From Octopus sinensis (taxonomy: Eukaryota): a stretch of 51,878 nucleotides of DNA. Shown here piece after piece: positions 50,500-51,878 of the stretch. The DNA lies in NCBI RefSeq assembly GCF_006345805.1, contig NW_021833990.1, positions 1-51,878 of the forward strand, given 5' to 3'. The notes below the pieces were generated by a model that saw nothing but the letters and a program-made list of their open reading frames with translations, made no database searches and was not told the origin of the DNA. How positions within the stretch are numbered: position 1 is the stretch's first letter; each line of letters begins with the position of its first letter. The position numbers and the translations under genes were made by a program.

Positions 50500-50880
50500 T
50501 TTTATTCTTTTATATGTCTGAGATAATTGACTGCGGCCATGCTGCGGCACGGCCTTTAGTCGAAAACTCCAAAACTTATTCTTTGTAAGCCTGGTACTAT
50601 TCTACCGATATCTTTTACAGAACCGATAGATCACGGAGACATAAGCACACCAACGTCGGTTGTCAAGGGATGGTGGGGGTATAACTCCCCCCACACAGGC
50701 ACACACGCGCAAACACACACACACATAAACGACAGGCTTCTTACAGTTTCGCTCAACCAAATCCACTCACAAGGCGTTGGTCAGCCCGAGGCTATAGTGG
50801 AAGACACTTGCCCAAGGTGCAACATATGGGACTGAACTCGGAAACATGTGGTTGGGAAGCAAGCTACTTACCACAACCTA
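50500..50880 (-). mobile_element. SINE family 1 copy (right arm of the inversion)
   Basis: Mirror of 49505-49890. Confidence 0.8.
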
Positions 50881-50915
50881 TAGCTACTGAGCTACTACAT
50901 TCCGTAAATCTATAT

Positions 50916-50958
<43 letters not shown>

Positions 50959-51094
50959 ATCACGAGTTTTAGCCTATAATTAAAGAGTAATTTGGGAAAG
51001 AATTTAATAGTACGTCGAGGGGTTACTATAATTTTTTTATATATATAGAAATATAGAAATATATGAATGTATCTATATATATATATATATAACT

Positions 51095-51127
<33 letters not shown>

Positions 51128-51164
51128 AAAATATAAAATATATGCATGTATTTACATATATACT

Positions 51165-51610
51165 CTCTTTTACGCTTTTACTTGTTTCAGTCGTCTGACT
51201 GCGGCCATGCTGGAGCACCGCCTTTAATCGAGCAACTCGACCCAGGGACTTATTCTTTGTAAGCCCAGTACTTTTTCTATCGGTCTCTTTTGCCGAACCG
51301 CTAAGTAACGGAGACATAAACACACCAGCATAGGTTGTCAAGCAATGCTAGGGGGACAAACACAAACACGCATATATATATATATTATATATATATATAT
51401 CTATATTTATATAATAGATTATATATTATATATATATAATATATATATATACAATATATACGACGGCCTTCTTTCAGTTTCCGTCTACCAAATCCACTCA
51501 CAAGGCTTTGGTAGGCCCGAGGCTATAGTAGAAGATACTTGCCCAAGGTTCCACGCAGTGGAATTGAACCCGGAACCATGTGGTTGGTAAACAAGCTACT
51601 TATCACACAG
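51165..51610 (-). mobile_element. SINE family 1 copy
   Basis: Reverse complement colinear with 305-778. Confidence 0.85.
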
Positions 51611-51654
51611 CTACATGCATATATATATACATATATAAATATATATATATTTCT

Positions 51655-51865
51655 TTATTGCCCACAGGGGGCTATACATAGTGAGGACAAACAAGGAAAG
51701 ACAAAGGGATTAAGTTGAATACATCGACACCAGTGCATAACTGGTACCTGAAAGGATGAAAAGCAAAGTCGACCTCGGCGGAATTTGAACTCAGAAAGTA
51801 ACGGCAGACGAAATGTGGCTAAGCATTTCGCCCGGTGTGCTAACGTTTCTGCCAGCTCGACGCCC
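51655..51865 (-). mobile_element. SINE family 4 copy
   Basis: Minus GGCGTCGAGCTGGCAGAAACGTTAGC..GAGTTCAAATTCCGCCGAGGTCGACTTTGCTTTTCATCCTTTC; tail fragments also at 47160-47240 and 10690-10760. Confidence 0.8.
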
Positions 51866-51878
51866 TAACACACACACA

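Larger units (their letters stand above)
49362..51028. repeat. Long inverted duplication (fold-back) with nested inner arms
   Basis: Outer arms ~49362-49910 / ~50470-51028 (about 97% identical); inner arms 50052-50100 / 50398-50446 (49 bp, perfect). Confidence 0.92.

Overview
Repeat-saturated, AT-rich eukaryotic DNA. The SINE families and the density of (TA)n/(CATA)n/(TAA)n microsatellites resemble octopus (coleoid cephalopod) DNA; this is from recall and unverified. There is no intact host gene. The only host-type coding sequence is a pair of disrupted, single-coding-exon paralogs on the minus strand (7488-9451 and ~39860-42070). They encode a ~740-aa orphan protein: signal peptide, Cys-containing ectodomain and a multi-pass membrane region. 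The rest is transposon-derived: R4/Dong-clade non-LTR elements (RT + CCHC + restriction-like endonuclease), Penelope-like remnants with minimal hammerhead motifs, piggyBac, Tc1, mariner, Gypsy, a Helentron-type element and several tRNA-derived SINE families. Main observations: (1) a ~10.2-kb same-orientation stack of three divergent Dong-like LINEs plus two non-coding passenger element types sits in a (TAA)n tract that is a ~30-bp empty site in the other paralog; (2) a covarying 25-26-nt hairpin lies ~36-40 nt from the 3' junction in all four TAA-associated LINE copies; (3) a separate R4-like family appears tied to (CATA)n; (4) a 1.67-kb fold-back duplication and an AT-rich, CpG-retaining island lie near the window end. 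Coordinates of degenerate elements are approximate. All identities and counts are by-eye or hand counts.
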